Below are positions 10,152 through 19,520 of a stretch of 42,176 nucleotides of DNA, piece after piece. Made by a program: the position numbers and the translations under genes. Source of the stretch: a virus (taxonomy: Duplodnaviria; Caudoviricetes); the IMG/VR virus record IMGVR_UViG_3300017747_002841, positions 1 through 42,176 of that record; one strand, given 5' to 3'. Under the pieces are notes generated by a model. The model was not told the origin of the DNA, did not search any database, and was given only the letters and a program-made list of their open reading frames with translations. Numbering within the stretch: the first letter of the stretch is position 1; every line of letters starts with the position of its first letter.

Positions 10152-10331
10152 TCACGAATTAACACGGATGGGAGAAGGTTCCGCGGGAACACTGTCTTGG
10201 GGCTTTGCATTGTACTGCTTTGGATCATAGACATGCCCGCAATTGTGGCACTGCACTACTCCATTAAATTCGTTCCAAAACACAGGAGGATTCTTGTTGT
10301 CGATCTCGTAGCTGCAACATGCCGTTTTCAT
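10152..10331 (-). CDS. 59-aa Cys-rich protein (absent from the ORF track), flanked by inverted repeats
   Basis: Manual translation: MKTACCSYEIDNKNPPVFWNEFNGVVQCHNCGHVYDPK...RVNS*. It fills an AT-richer gap in the operon direction. Confidence 0.6.
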   Translation of the reverse strand: MKTACCSYEIDNKNPPVFWNEFNGVVQCHNCGHVYDPKQYNAKPQDSVPAEPSPIRVNS

Positions 10332-10360
10332 AATCCGTGTCTATCCGTGCAATCCGTGTC

Positions 10361-11572
10361 TCACCCCGTCGCCGGCTGCCAGCCCGCTTTTCCCGCCGTA
10401 CTCAAGCCCTGCGTGATCAGGCTCAGTCCGGCGTACCACGGACTTACCGTGTTCGCCGTCTGGCGCACGCCGGCCGCGTAGGTATTCGCGCCCGCCTGGT
10501 CGCCAAGCTGCATCATGTTCGCGTTCTGCCCGACCAATGGCGCGCCCTGCGGCTGTGGCGCCGCGCCCGTCTGCGCGCCGCTCAAGCTGGCAAATTGACT
10601 CTGTGGCGTGCGCCCGCCCAGAAAGCTCGCCATGTTCGCCAGGCTGTTCTGCTTCTCGCGGTAATCCGCATCCGTCGGACTCGCACCGCTACTCAACCAC
10701 GCGGTCATTTTCCGGAGCCGATCGTTCTTGCGCGCCTCGCCGGTTGGACCCGTCTCCAGCTCGTTCAAAATATCCTCCGTGCCGAGCGTCGTCCCTTCGC
10801 GCTCCGCCAGCACGCGGGAAATATCCGCCTCCGCCCCGGATCCCGGCGCCGCACCCACGCCATCGGCGAGCAATTGAGAATCCACCAGGCCCGCCACCGG
10901 ACGCTCCCGCGTTTTCCGCGCCTCTTCCATTCTCCCGATTTCGGACGCCAACAGCCGGCGCGCCGCCACACCCTCCGGATCCGCCAGTTCCTGCTGTCGC
11001 TTGGCTTCCGCGATGAATTCCGGCCCGTACTTCTTTTGCAGCTCCAGCATGTTCGCTGCGCTCTCGCGGGCAATCCGGCCCTGCACCTCCGCATCGCCCA
11101 TCCCTGTAAAGTCCGCCGTCGCCTTCTTGGTCCCAACTTTGATCTGCATGTGCCCGCCCTTCACCCGGACATCATGCCCGCGATGCGTGCCCGTGCGTTG
11201 GTCCTGATTCTGCCCCGCATTCGGCCCCGTCGTCAGCGGCTCCGTCCCCGGCATCAGATTCCCGAAAACGCCCAGCCCCTTCTTGTCGTTGAGCCGCTGA
11301 TAATACTCCCATTCCGCCTTGGTAATCAGCCCCTGCTTGTAGGCCTCGCGCGGACGCAGCCAGTTGTTTGTCCCCGTGTCATACTCGACCTTCTGGCCGA
11401 GCTTCGCCGCCATGTCCACCTGTCGCTGGCCTGGATACGCCTTGAGCCCGGCCAGCACCACCTTGCGCGAAGATGCCTGCGGGTTCGCGTAATCTGGCGC
11501 GCTCGCCGCCGCCACGCCCACGCTTGCCGCCGTCCCGACCAGCATCAGCGCCAAAGAAGAAAAAATGGCCAT
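10361..11572 (-). CDS. Putative DNA ejection/pilot protein, paralog A
   Basis: Gly/Ala/Gln-rich with hydrophobic termini. Shares DFTGxG, LQKxxGP, DPEGxAxRR, SGxSPxDxxYRE and FLxGxTPxxQFxxLSGA with 12599-13597. Confidence 0.65.
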   Translation of the reverse strand: MAIFSSLALMLVGTAASVGVAAASAPDYANPQASSRKVVLAGLKAYPGQRQVDMAAKLGQKVEYDTGTNNWLRPREAYKQGLITKAEWEYYQRLNDKKGLGVFGNLMPGTEPLTTGPNAGQNQDQRTGTHRGHDVRVKGGHMQIKVGTKKATADFTGMGDAEVQGRIARESAANMLELQKKYGPEFIAEAKRQQELADPEGVAARRLLASEIGRMEEARKTRERPVAGLVDSQLLADGVGAAPGSGAEADISRVLAEREGTTLGTEDILNELETGPTGEARKNDRLRKMTAWLSSGASPTDADYREKQNSLANMASFLGGRTPQSQFASLSGAQTGAAPQPQGAPLVGQNANMMQLGDQAGANTYAAGVRQTANTVSPWYAGLSLITQGLSTAGKAGWQPATG

Positions 11573-11573
11573 A

Positions 11574-12164
11574 TCAAACCTGTGGGTAAAGTTCTCGGAT
11601 CAAACTCAGTTTCGGCTTCATCGGACTCTTTTCCTGAAACGGTCGCACACTCAGGGTTTGCAGCATTTGCGCCCGGCGCGCGTCCCACTTCACGCCAGGC
11701 ACGCAATGCTTCCAAATGCGCTCAAGAGTATCAGTGCGCTCCAGCGACTCGTATGGAACTTCCATGCAACGCGTCCACTGGATGATCTCCAAGCGGGCGC
11801 GTTCCCACCGAGCGAGCATTTCCTGTCTCAGTTCCCATGTGCAAGACACCGCCTCTTTCCACGGTCCTTCGCTTACAAACTGACAAAGGCTATGCCAAGC
11901 CTCATCGAAATCCCGCGTGATCAACACCCACGGCGCATCGGGAAACTCGCGCTTTACGATGGAGTAATACGCGAGCAACCCGCTGTCTGAATCGCCTACC
12001 CGTCCCGTCTTCATTCCGTCACGCAACTGCGCGCAAAGTGCTGCCGTGCTTTCCACCAAGCCTAACAAATCGTGATGACAAAACACGTTCCCAGTAGTGA
12101 ACAGGTTCGCCAGCCACGTTGTCCGGCTTTGAGGCAGCCCGGTAATGAAGAACGGTTGCACCAT
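11574..12164 (-). CDS. Sulfotransferase-like P-loop-fold protein
   Basis: N-terminal FFITGLPQSRTTWLANLF resembles the 5'-PSB loop; WVLITRD...S resembles the 3'-PB motif; VPYESL. Confidence 0.6.
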   Translation of the reverse strand: MVQPFFITGLPQSRTTWLANLFTTGNVFCHHDLLGLVESTAALCAQLRDGMKTGRVGDSDSGLLAYYSIVKREFPDAPWVLITRDFDEAWHSLCQFVSEGPWKEAVSCTWELRQEMLARWERARLEIIQWTRCMEVPYESLERTDTLERIWKHCVPGVKWDARRAQMLQTLSVRPFQEKSPMKPKLSLIRELYPQV

Positions 12165-12578
12165 TTACTTCTCCGCCTTCCTGCCCTTCGCCGCTTCCTT
12201 CTCGCGCGTCGGCACCCGCCCGCCGGCCAGCTTGGTAATATCCACGCCCGCCGCCTTCAAGTGTTTAGTGGCCTGCTCGCGGTCATTGAACCGCGCCAGC
12301 AATTCGCCTTCCTTCGTCTGAATCAGCACTTTGCCGGAAGGTTTGAACGTCGCGATCGCCGCCGTGGCCCGCAACGTCGCCGCCGGCAGCGCAAAGATCG
12401 CCGACTTGTCCACCTGCCGCAGCGTGCGGATCAGTTTGCCCACCGAATTGCGCACCTCCAGCTCCCGCGTCGGAATGCGATTCGCGATCACCACATCCAC
12501 ATTGATTGGCGCGCCTTCCACGTCCGCCTGTTGTTCGTCGTCTGTCACCCGTTCCACTGCCATTGTGCTCAAGTCCAT
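12165..12578 (-). CDS. Hypothetical protein
   Basis: ORF in the operon direction; ATG at 12578 avoids overlap with the upstream gene. Confidence 0.6.
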   Translation of the reverse strand: MDLSTMAVERVTDDEQQADVEGAPINVDVVIANRIPTRELEVRNSVGKLIRTLRQVDKSAIFALPAATLRATAAIATFKPSGKVLIQTKEGELLARFNDREQATKHLKAAGVDITKLAGGRVPTREKEAAKGRKAEK

Positions 12579-12598
12579 GTTGTTCTTTCGTTTTGTTG

Positions 12599-13597
12599 TT
12601 ACGTCTGGCCGGCCCATTGGCTGCCAAACCCGCTATTCCATCCGCCCGTTACCGCGCCGGTATTTGCCGCCGCGCCACCGCCAAGACTGCCACCCAATGC
12701 GCCCCAGATGTTAAGCCCTTGGAACGCGCCGCTCAAGCCTGCCACCCACGGATTCACCTGATTCTGCTGCGCCTGCTGTTGGATGCCGTAAAGGTTCTGC
12801 TGATTCTGCACGCCCTGCCACCCGGCGTTTGCATTTACGCCCGTCGTGTTCGGCGCCGCACTGAACGGCACCGCGCCGCTTGACGCGCCAGACAGTTGCG
12901 AGAATTGCGCCGTCGGCGTCTCCCCGCTCAGGAACGCGCCTAGGTTGCTCAAGTTCTGCGATTCCTCCCGGTACGCCGCATCGTCCGGACTCACGCCCGA
13001 CGTTAGGAACGTCAGCGCCCGCTGTTGCGCGTCCGTGTTCTGCTGCTCGCTCGCCGTCGTCAAAGCCGTGGCCTCCTCCGTCGCAGCCGCGTTGCCCAGC
13101 CAGTTGCCGCGCCCCACCTGCCCGCCAAGCACACCTTGCGTCACCCGTGAGCGTGCGTCTTCATCGAGCGTCCCGCCGCGTTCGAGATCCGCCAGAATCT
13201 GCGCCTGCAACGCCTCCGCGCCCGGCCGCGCCGTGGGTCCGTCTGTGACGCCCTGCTGAATCACCGCCCACAGGTTGCGCCGCATCGCCGCGCCTTCGGG
13301 ATCGGACTGCTCCAGCTCCGCCAGCCGTTGCTGGACGTATTGCGGCCCGAACTCCTTTTGCAGCGCCAGCATCTGCTCTGTGAGTTGATCGCCATACTGC
13401 TTTTGGTAATCCGCCTCCCCGAGCCCCGTGAAGTCGTAGAACTGCCGGCCGCTGCCCGGAATGTCCACCCAACCGGATTGCCCGAGCCGCGCCATCGCCT
13501 CAAGCTGACGCCGCGCCGGCGTCGTTTCGAGATCGGCATTGATGCCCGCCACGTAACCAGTCGCCGGATCCGGCGGATCACTCCCGAGACATCCCAT
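12599..13597 (-). CDS. Putative DNA ejection/pilot protein, paralog B
   Basis: MG-start, Gln/Gly/Ala-rich, Gly-rich hydrophobic C-terminus; clear motif paralogy with 10361-11572. Confidence 0.65.
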   Translation of the reverse strand: MGCLGSDPPDPATGYVAGINADLETTPARRQLEAMARLGQSGWVDIPGSGRQFYDFTGLGEADYQKQYGDQLTEQMLALQKEFGPQYVQQRLAELEQSDPEGAAMRRNLWAVIQQGVTDGPTARPGAEALQAQILADLERGGTLDEDARSRVTQGVLGGQVGRGNWLGNAAATEEATALTTASEQQNTDAQQRALTFLTSGVSPDDAAYREESQNLSNLGAFLSGETPTAQFSQLSGASSGAVPFSAAPNTTGVNANAGWQGVQNQQNLYGIQQQAQQNQVNPWVAGLSGAFQGLNIWGALGGSLGGGAAANTGAVTGGWNSGFGSQWAGQT

Positions 13598-14081
13598 TTG
13601 GTTCCTTTCTGCGCATCGAGGAGCACAAATTGCCGATATTCAACATATCCTCTACCACCTTCGGCGTTACAATTCTCTCGTTCTGCTTCACCGGCTCAAA
13701 GTCATATCCGCGGAACTTCCTTGTGACATCCTGCAAATGTTCTGTCCCGCCAACCAAAAACGCCACCAGCCACACCACCTCATGCCACTGGCCTTTTACC
13801 ACGTCACACGTTGGCGACGGCATTCGCTCGCTGTCCGCCCAGGCGTTCAGTGCCAGAATCATCGCCGGCACCAACTGCGCCCGATGCGCCAGGAAGAACG
13901 CGTTACCCGACAAAGTGAGCAACCATTCACTTTCAGAACGCGCCGCTTCCCCTGCGTCAACTGGTCCCGGCTCGTCGCAACAGTCGTCCACCCAATGCGC
14001 CCGGCGCGCGAACACTCGGAGGAATTCCAGCGCGCTCGCGTTCCCCTTCGCTGCCGCCTGTAAAATGTCGTCGCGATTCAT
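13578..14081 (-). CDS. Hypothetical phage protein (tail/ejection module)
   Basis: 167-aa helical ORF with an HWVDDCCD acidic motif, tightly packed in the operon. Confidence 0.65.
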   Translation of the reverse strand: MNRDDILQAAAKGNASALEFLRVFARRAHWVDDCCDEPGPVDAGEAARSESEWLLTLSGNAFFLAHRAQLVPAMILALNAWADSERMPSPTCDVVKGQWHEVVWLVAFLVGGTEHLQDVTRKFRGYDFEPVKQNERIVTPKVVEDMLNIGNLCSSMRRKEPNGMSRE

Positions 14082-14083
14082 GT

Positions 14084-15700
14084 TTACTCGTTTTCCTGCG
14101 TGTTCACAAACGCGCTGGCCGCCATGCTTTTCAGCTCCAGACGGCCCGCCGTCAATTGTTCGATCTGTAAATACATCTCGCGGAACTCGATCAGCTCGTC
14201 CGCGTTCTTCGTCGCCCGCGTCGGCCCCTCCACCGCCAGGTCAAACGGCAGCGTCAACGGCAGTTGATTCTGCACCTCCACCGTGCTTACCGTCCAGCGT
14301 CGTTGCTCCTCCGTGTCCATCACCGCCACCACGTCCACCGACGGCGTTGAATCCACGAAATGCAGCTCCACGCTCTCCGCGTCCTTGCCGTTGCGTTGCG
14401 TGCCGAAATCCCACGAACGGCTCCGCATCACCGCCAGCACCGCCGCATCGTTATCCTCGTAAGTCGCTTCCAGCGTCTGATCGTCCGCATCCTTCCACTC
14501 GTTCACGAGTCCCGCACTGTCCCCGATGATCAACCGCTCCGCGCCGGCAAACCGGGAAGTCATTATCGCCGTCGGCGTCCAGCCCGACCAAACCCCGATG
14601 AACGCCGGAATAGTCGCGCCCGGCACATTGCTCGGCACCCGGAGGCGGAGGTTCCAGACACACACATGACTTGGCTCCGTCGCTCCGTCCAGGGGCAGCG
14701 CCGCCATCAGGTAACGCCCGTAAACGTGCAGCACGATCTTGCTCAACGCGCCCTCGTTGATCCGGTCGAAATACGGCTTTGCCGGTTCACTCGCCGCCGG
14801 CAGCAATTGGAACGGAGCATCGCCGCTTTGCACCGCCGCCGCCGTCAGAACAATCTCGCGCAACGCCAGATCCGGCCCGATGCACCACAGCGAATCGCCG
14901 CCGTAAACCATCGCCTTGCTCCCCACCACGCCCACCGATCCCGCCAACCGCGGAATCAACCATTGACTCGCGCTCACCGCCGACGGATCGGCGTAAATCA
15001 TGTAAATCGAACCTTCCTTGCCCACTGCAAGCCAGAACCCTTTCGCCGGACACAGCGCCTTGATGGCCTCGCCCTCGCCCCGGCCCACCCGCACCGACCA
15101 ATTCGCCGCGCTCCACTTGCCCGCGCCTGCGGACGCATTGTCCAGCAGACTCGCATACACCGCATCGTAAACCCCGCCGATCGTCCCGCTGGCAAACATC
15201 CGGTTCAGCGCCGAATGCCAGGCGAGGATTGTCGCGCCGACCGGCGGATCGTCCGCCGTTGTGCCTTCGCCCGCGCTCCACGCCGCGCCGTCGTAACTGT
15301 ACCACTGGCCGACGCCCGAGGAGCAATACAGCTTCGAATGCCCCTGCGCCATCGCCGCGATCGAGTTTGCCCCGAACGGATAAGCCGCCGCCGTCGCCCA
15401 GGTCGCGCCGTCCCACTGCCGGAGACTCGCCGCCACGCTCGCGAAGATATATTCGAGCGTCGGCGTGTCGAAATAAGCCAGTGCCTGAATGCGCGCGCCT
15501 CCCACCAGATCGCCCAGGGCATCCGCGCCCGGACGTGTCCGCGGCCGGCCATTGTCCTCCACGATGCAGTTGACCAACTGCCCGCCCGTATTCGGGGAAA
15601 GGTTCGTCGGCGTCGCGAATTCATCCGCCCCGCCGCGCCAATCGTTCTGCGCCGCATCCAGCGTTTGATCATCGAGCCCGTCATTGAAGGTATAGCCCAC
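14084..15700 (-). CDS. Podovirus tail nozzle/hub protein (P22 gp10 / T7 tail tubular B-like)
   Basis: 538 aa, beta-propeller-like Trp/Gly pattern, N-terminal GG...P..LSPN...LVN...GRPRTRPG motif; follows the adaptor gene. Confidence 0.7.
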   Translation of the reverse strand: MGYTFNDGLDDQTLDAAQNDWRGGADEFATPTNLSPNTGGQLVNCIVEDNGRPRTRPGADALGDLVGGARIQALAYFDTPTLEYIFASVAASLRQWDGATWATAAAYPFGANSIAAMAQGHSKLYCSSGVGQWYSYDGAAWSAGEGTTADDPPVGATILAWHSALNRMFASGTIGGVYDAVYASLLDNASAGAGKWSAANWSVRVGRGEGEAIKALCPAKGFWLAVGKEGSIYMIYADPSAVSASQWLIPRLAGSVGVVGSKAMVYGGDSLWCIGPDLALREIVLTAAAVQSGDAPFQLLPAASEPAKPYFDRINEGALSKIVLHVYGRYLMAALPLDGATEPSHVCVWNLRLRVPSNVPGATIPAFIGVWSGWTPTAIMTSRFAGAERLIIGDSAGLVNEWKDADDQTLEATYEDNDAAVLAVMRSRSWDFGTQRNGKDAESVELHFVDSTPSVDVVAVMDTEEQRRWTVSTVEVQNQLPLTLPFDLAVEGPTRATKNADELIEFREMYLQIEQLTAGRLELKSMAASAFVNTQENE

Positions 15701-15703
15701 GGC

Positions 15704-16693
15704 TTAAATATATCCCTTCGTGTGATAGTAACCGATCAGCCCGGACGGCTCCGAGACATCCGGCACGATCTGGCAGTTGTTCGCCTCCTGCGCCACCTCG
15801 ATCTTTTTCAACTGCGCCAGGAGCTTGTCCGCGTCCGCCCGTTTCAGCGCCGCCTTGCCGAGTTGCCGGCCCCGCTCGTACATGTCCGCCTGCGCGTATT
15901 CCATCAGGCAATTCGCCACCCCACGGATCGCCGGTTCGTCGTTGTCATCCGTCAAGGCCAGCGGCTTGCGCTTCACCAGCGCCTTGAATTCCGTCGTTGT
16001 CGTCGGCAACGGCAGCAATTGGATCCGCGGATAACGCTTCGCCACCGTCAACGTGCTGGCGAAATTGATGATCGTGTCCCCATCCAGCACCACGCCCACC
16101 GCCGCGGTTGTCGTCGGCTTGGAAACACTCTGAATAACTTGAGGATAAAACGTGTTCGAGTAACCCGTTTCCAGCGTCGCAGAAAGCGTTTGCTCCTCGC
16201 CGTCGAAGTCCAGGTAAACCACCCGCACCACCGCGCCAGCGTCGGCAGCCGAGGCGCTCAACACCACGCCCTCCGCCTCCACCGATACCAGCTTGCCGCG
16301 CAGATCCGCCGCCACCGCGCCGTCAACCGTGAACGCCACCGCCGCGCCGGTTTGCGCGAACGCGTCCAACGTGTCCCGGTAGAACCGGAAATTGTCCGCC
16401 ACACCCACACCCTGATCCGTCCGGCGCAAGGCCAGGATGCGGTCCACCGTCGGAGGCAGATGCCAGATGCCCACGTCCCGGCTGAAAAAGTTCGGGAATG
16501 GCAATGACGTCGCCGTGGCCGATGGCGACATGTCGAAGCTGAATTCAAGCCGGAACAAGGAATCGTTCCACAGCTCATCATTCCAGATCATCTCATACCG
16601 TTGCCGGAGGAATTGCTTGCAGCGCGTCAACGCCGTTGCATCGCTTTGCCGCACCTTCGCGCAAACCAGCGCCGCCATGTCCGAGAGTGTCAT
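15704..16693 (-). CDS. Head-tail adaptor-like protein
   Basis: Probable start ATG 16693 (MTLSDMAALVCAKVR...FLRQRYEMIW..W), an adaptor-like helical N-terminus; precedes the nozzle gene. Confidence 0.6.
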   Translation of the reverse strand: MTLSDMAALVCAKVRQSDATALTRCKQFLRQRYEMIWNDELWNDSLFRLEFSFDMSPSATATSLPFPNFFSRDVGIWHLPPTVDRILALRRTDQGVGVADNFRFYRDTLDAFAQTGAAVAFTVDGAVAADLRGKLVSVEAEGVVLSASAADAGAVVRVVYLDFDGEEQTLSATLETGYSNTFYPQVIQSVSKPTTTAAVGVVLDGDTIINFASTLTVAKRYPRIQLLPLPTTTTEFKALVKRKPLALTDDNDEPAIRGVANCLMEYAQADMYERGRQLGKAALKRADADKLLAQLKKIEVAQEANNCQIVPDVSEPSGLIGYYHTKGYI

Positions 16694-16694
16694 G

Positions 16695-17978
16695 TTAATC
16701 CCCGATCTCCTTCCAGATTTCCACCACCGTATAAATTTCGCCCAGCCCGTGACTTCCCGGCGTTCCACCCGTTCCATTGTCGGAAACATTGTGCTCCACC
16801 TGGAACGTCTGCGAACCCACCACCGCGATCCGGCCCACAATCCGGCTCTCCGTCGTGACGCTACCGCTGGCCGATGACGTCGCACTGGAGCCAATCAACC
16901 ACGTTGCCCCGCCCGTCACGTTGTAAAGCCGCGCCTGATGGTTGTCACAGTTGAACGCCGGCGCCGTGATCGAAATGCGATAAGTGCCCGTCCCGAGCGT
17001 GAACTGGTTCGCGCTCAAGGTCACGATGCCGCCCGTGTCCACCGCCTCCAGGTTCAGCGTCCGCACCTCCCAGCCGCTCGCCGCGGTCAACGTCTGCGCC
17101 GCCGTCGTGTTCGCGTTGCTCTCCATGATCACCGCGTAATGCCGAGGAATCACGTCCCCTCCGATGAAGTCCTTCAGCTCGTTCATGAACAGCTTTTTCA
17201 GCGCCCCGCCTTGCAGCACCACAAACGCGTCATTCGTCGCCGGCGCCGTGTTCGTGCTCGTCAGCCCGTCGATCTTGTTCGTCTCGTAGGCCGAGCGCAG
17301 GCGCGTCCCGTCCCACACCACGCTTTGATAATTACCCCAATTCGTCGCCGCCGTCTGATCCTTCACGATGCTCTCCAGCGCCATCTGCTTCACCGCGCGC
17401 CCGTTCGCCGTCAGCACCGCCAGCGCATCGCCGTTCGTCGGCAGCGCATGCGACGTCAACCCGCCCAAAAGATTCGAAAGCGTCAGGCTCGACGGCACCC
17501 CGCCATGAAGCACCGGAAACCGCGTGTCATTCGTCGGCGAGCTTGTCGCCGTCCCGCCAAAAAGCCAGTTGCTCCAGGTCATCGACCGATATGCGCTGGC
17601 GCTCGCGTCATAGACCAGCACCAGGTCATCCACCGCCGGCGCCGTCGCTGCCGTCCGGCTGGACAGCAAGGACGCATGATCAAGCAACGCACTGATTGGC
17701 ATCTTCTGGTAGCTGTCCAGCGTCGTATTGTGCAGCAAGAGCGTGAACGCCGTATTCGGATCCGTGCCGGCCGAGCCTTTCCCGCTAAAAAACGTCGTGT
17801 TGATCGTGCCCGCCGCCGAATTGTTCAGCTTCGTATGCGTGACATTCGCTTCGCCACTGCTGAACGTATAGCCCGGCGTAATGTCCGCACCATAGGACAA
17901 CGCTTGTCCTACCATCAAAACCACCGCCCACCGCAGAAAGATATTCATTTTGAGTTTATGAGTTTCGGCTTGATTCAT
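16695..17978 (-). CDS. Putative tail fiber/structural protein with signal-peptide-like N-terminus
   Basis: Start 17978 (TGATG overlap) or 17948. FLRWAVVLMVGQALSYGA signal-like segment; Thr/Asn-rich; repeated PxxxD-hydrophobic units; C-terminal beta-sandwich-like region. Confidence 0.6.
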   Translation of the reverse strand: MNQAETHKLKMNIFLRWAVVLMVGQALSYGADITPGYTFSSGEANVTHTKLNNSAAGTINTTFFSGKGSAGTDPNTAFTLLLHNTTLDSYQKMPISALLDHASLLSSRTAATAPAVDDLVLVYDASASAYRSMTWSNWLFGGTATSSPTNDTRFPVLHGGVPSSLTLSNLLGGLTSHALPTNGDALAVLTANGRAVKQMALESIVKDQTAATNWGNYQSVVWDGTRLRSAYETNKIDGLTSTNTAPATNDAFVVLQGGALKKLFMNELKDFIGGDVIPRHYAVIMESNANTTAAQTLTAASGWEVRTLNLEAVDTGGIVTLSANQFTLGTGTYRISITAPAFNCDNHQARLYNVTGGATWLIGSSATSSASGSVTTESRIVGRIAVVGSQTFQVEHNVSDNGTGGTPGSHGLGEIYTVVEIWKEIGD

Positions 17979-18280
17979 CACGCCGCCACGCCGTTCAGCC
18001 GCGCCATCGGATCCACCGGATCCGGCGCCAGCCACGCCTGTTTCACCTGCTCGCGACTCAGCCCCAGGCTTGCCGCCGTTTGCCGCACCGCCTCAGTGCC
18101 GTCCCGCTCCTCGCAATCCTTCCAGCCGGCCAGCGTCGTCTCCGCCTGCGTTGGCTCGCCCTTGTGGCAGACCGAGACGCGCCGCGGAATCGTGATGCGA
18201 CCGGGAAACGAGTCCCGCGCCGCCACGGGCAGGACTCGCTCCACGATTCGATCCCCTTCGCGATATTCGTAAAGAGGCAT
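17978..18280 (-). CDS. FmdB-like small protein (lacking the Cys ligands)
   Basis: Starts MPLYEYRE, as in FmdB-family phage proteins. Confidence 0.5.
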   Translation of the reverse strand: MPLYEYREGDRIVERVLPVAARDSFPGRITIPRRVSVCHKGEPTQAETTLAGWKDCEERDGTEAVRQTAASLGLSREQVKQAWLAPDPVDPMARLNGVAA

Positions 18281-18284
18281 CGGC

Positions 18285-18776
18285 TTAGAACTTCCAGTTC
18301 AGCAACGCCCGCACCTGTCCGTCCTTCTCGCGGTCATCGAACCACGCGCGGATCGTGTAATCCCCGGCCAGGCTCACGCGCTTGCTCAGACGCAGCTCCA
18401 CGCCGGCGCCCACGCCGAAGCCCCAGAGAGATTCACCCCAATCGCGCACCACGCCGCCCTTGCCGTAGAGCGTGAACGTCTCCTTGGCGAACTTCGCGAA
18501 CGTCGCCTTGCCATACAGCTCGGACTCGTCGATCACGCTGCCGCCCCAATCCTCCGCCTCGCTCGCCATTGCCGTGGCGTGAATGCTGACGAACTTGTTG
18601 ATGCCCACGCCGAGGTCCACGCCCGTGGAGAACGTCGGCGAGCCCGTGAGGTCGGGATACGTCAGCGCCGCCACCGGAGCCGCCGTGATGCTGTCGAGGA
18701 TGGACGCCGCGCGCGTCGAGACTTTGATAATCGCCAGCGTGACGAGCACGAGGCAGAGAGTTCGGAATGTTTTCAT
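18285..18776 (-). CDS. Outer-membrane beta-barrel protein
   Basis: ATG 18776; signal peptide MKTFRTLCLVLVTLAII...RA; amphipathic strands (GVDLGVGINKFVSI, WGFGVGAGVELRL); C-terminal LLNWKF aromatic beta-signal. Confidence 0.75.
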   Translation of the reverse strand: MKTFRTLCLVLVTLAIIKVSTRAASILDSITAAPVAALTYPDLTGSPTFSTGVDLGVGINKFVSIHATAMASEAEDWGGSVIDESELYGKATFAKFAKETFTLYGKGGVVRDWGESLWGFGVGAGVELRLSKRVSLAGDYTIRAWFDDREKDGQVRALLNWKF

Positions 18777-18802
18777 TGGTCTGTTTGGTTGTTTGGTTGT
18801 TC

Positions 18803-19048
18803 TTACTTTTTCATGGACTGCCCGAAATACATGCCCAGCACCATCGTGAACGCCGAGTAAAGCGGCTCGGGAATGACGATGTTCACCGACGTGACGCCGA
18901 GGCTGGCCATCACCATATTCGCGGTCCAATTGCCGCAAATCGTGAACGTGATCAACACTGCCAGCCACGCGCGCACCGACACGGTGCCGATGGTCGAAGG
19001 TTCGTTCGCCGGCTTGGGAGCCTCTATGATTTCAGTCTGTTCGCTCAT
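18803..19048 (-). CDS. Holin-like small membrane protein
   Basis: 81 aa, two hydrophobic segments, C-terminal MVLGMYFG followed by a basic tail. Confidence 0.55.
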   Translation of the reverse strand: MSEQTEIIEAPKPANEPSTIGTVSVRAWLAVLITFTICGNWTANMVMASLGVTSVNIVIPEPLYSAFTMVLGMYFGQSMKK

Positions 19049-19329
19049 GGTATTTTCGTAAGTGCCGACGCGATTTTGCTGCCAAAGAACGAGGCCACCG
19101 TGGCAACGATGCCGACCACCAGCACCAGCTTTGCCTTGAACGCCGCCATTTCCTCGCGATGCTTTTGCAGCGTCGCCAGCTCCTCGGTCGTTTCATCTTT
19201 AAACTCGCGGTGTTCGCGCAGCAAACCGCCCTGTCCCTGCGCGCCGAAAATGGTCGTGTGCATCTCGCCCACCTTCTGGTTCGTTTCGCGAATCGTTTGC
19301 AGTATCTCCCCCACTTGCTGCTCGTTCAT
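19045..19329 (-). CDS. Small coiled-coil protein with C-terminal TM helix (lysis-cluster-like)
   Basis: LVLVVGIVATVASFFG TM segment after a coiled coil; ATGA overlaps with both neighbours. Confidence 0.6.
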   Translation of the reverse strand: MNEQQVGEILQTIRETNQKVGEMHTTIFGAQGQGGLLREHREFKDETTEELATLQKHREEMAAFKAKLVLVVGIVATVASFFGSKIASALTKIP

Positions 19330-19520
19330 GTCTTGATCCCCCTGGTGTTACGTTTCACCGCCAGCGCCGCCGGCGTCATCGCCGTGGCCGCAATCTCCTT
19401 AGTCGTGCGCACCGCGCCGTTGCGCTGCGCCAACCGCGCCGCGAAATCCAGCTCCGCCTCCTCCCGGTTGTGCGCCGTGATCGTCATGCTCAACCCGTCG
19501 CGCTGGATTCGGTATTTCAT
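19326..19520 (-). CDS. Hypothetical protein (64 aa)
   Basis: ATG 19520 overlaps the upstream stop codon. Confidence 0.55.
   Translation of the reverse strand: MKYRIQRDGLSMTITAHNREEAELDFAARLAQRNGAVRTTKEIAATAMTPAALAVKRNTRGIKT

Noticed and set aside
14360-16507. Long + strand ORFs (e.g. 14360-16507, 1818-3347, 4641-6416, 28335-29636)
   Set aside because: Arg/His-rich antisense shadows of high-GC - strand genes that carry the recognisable motifs.
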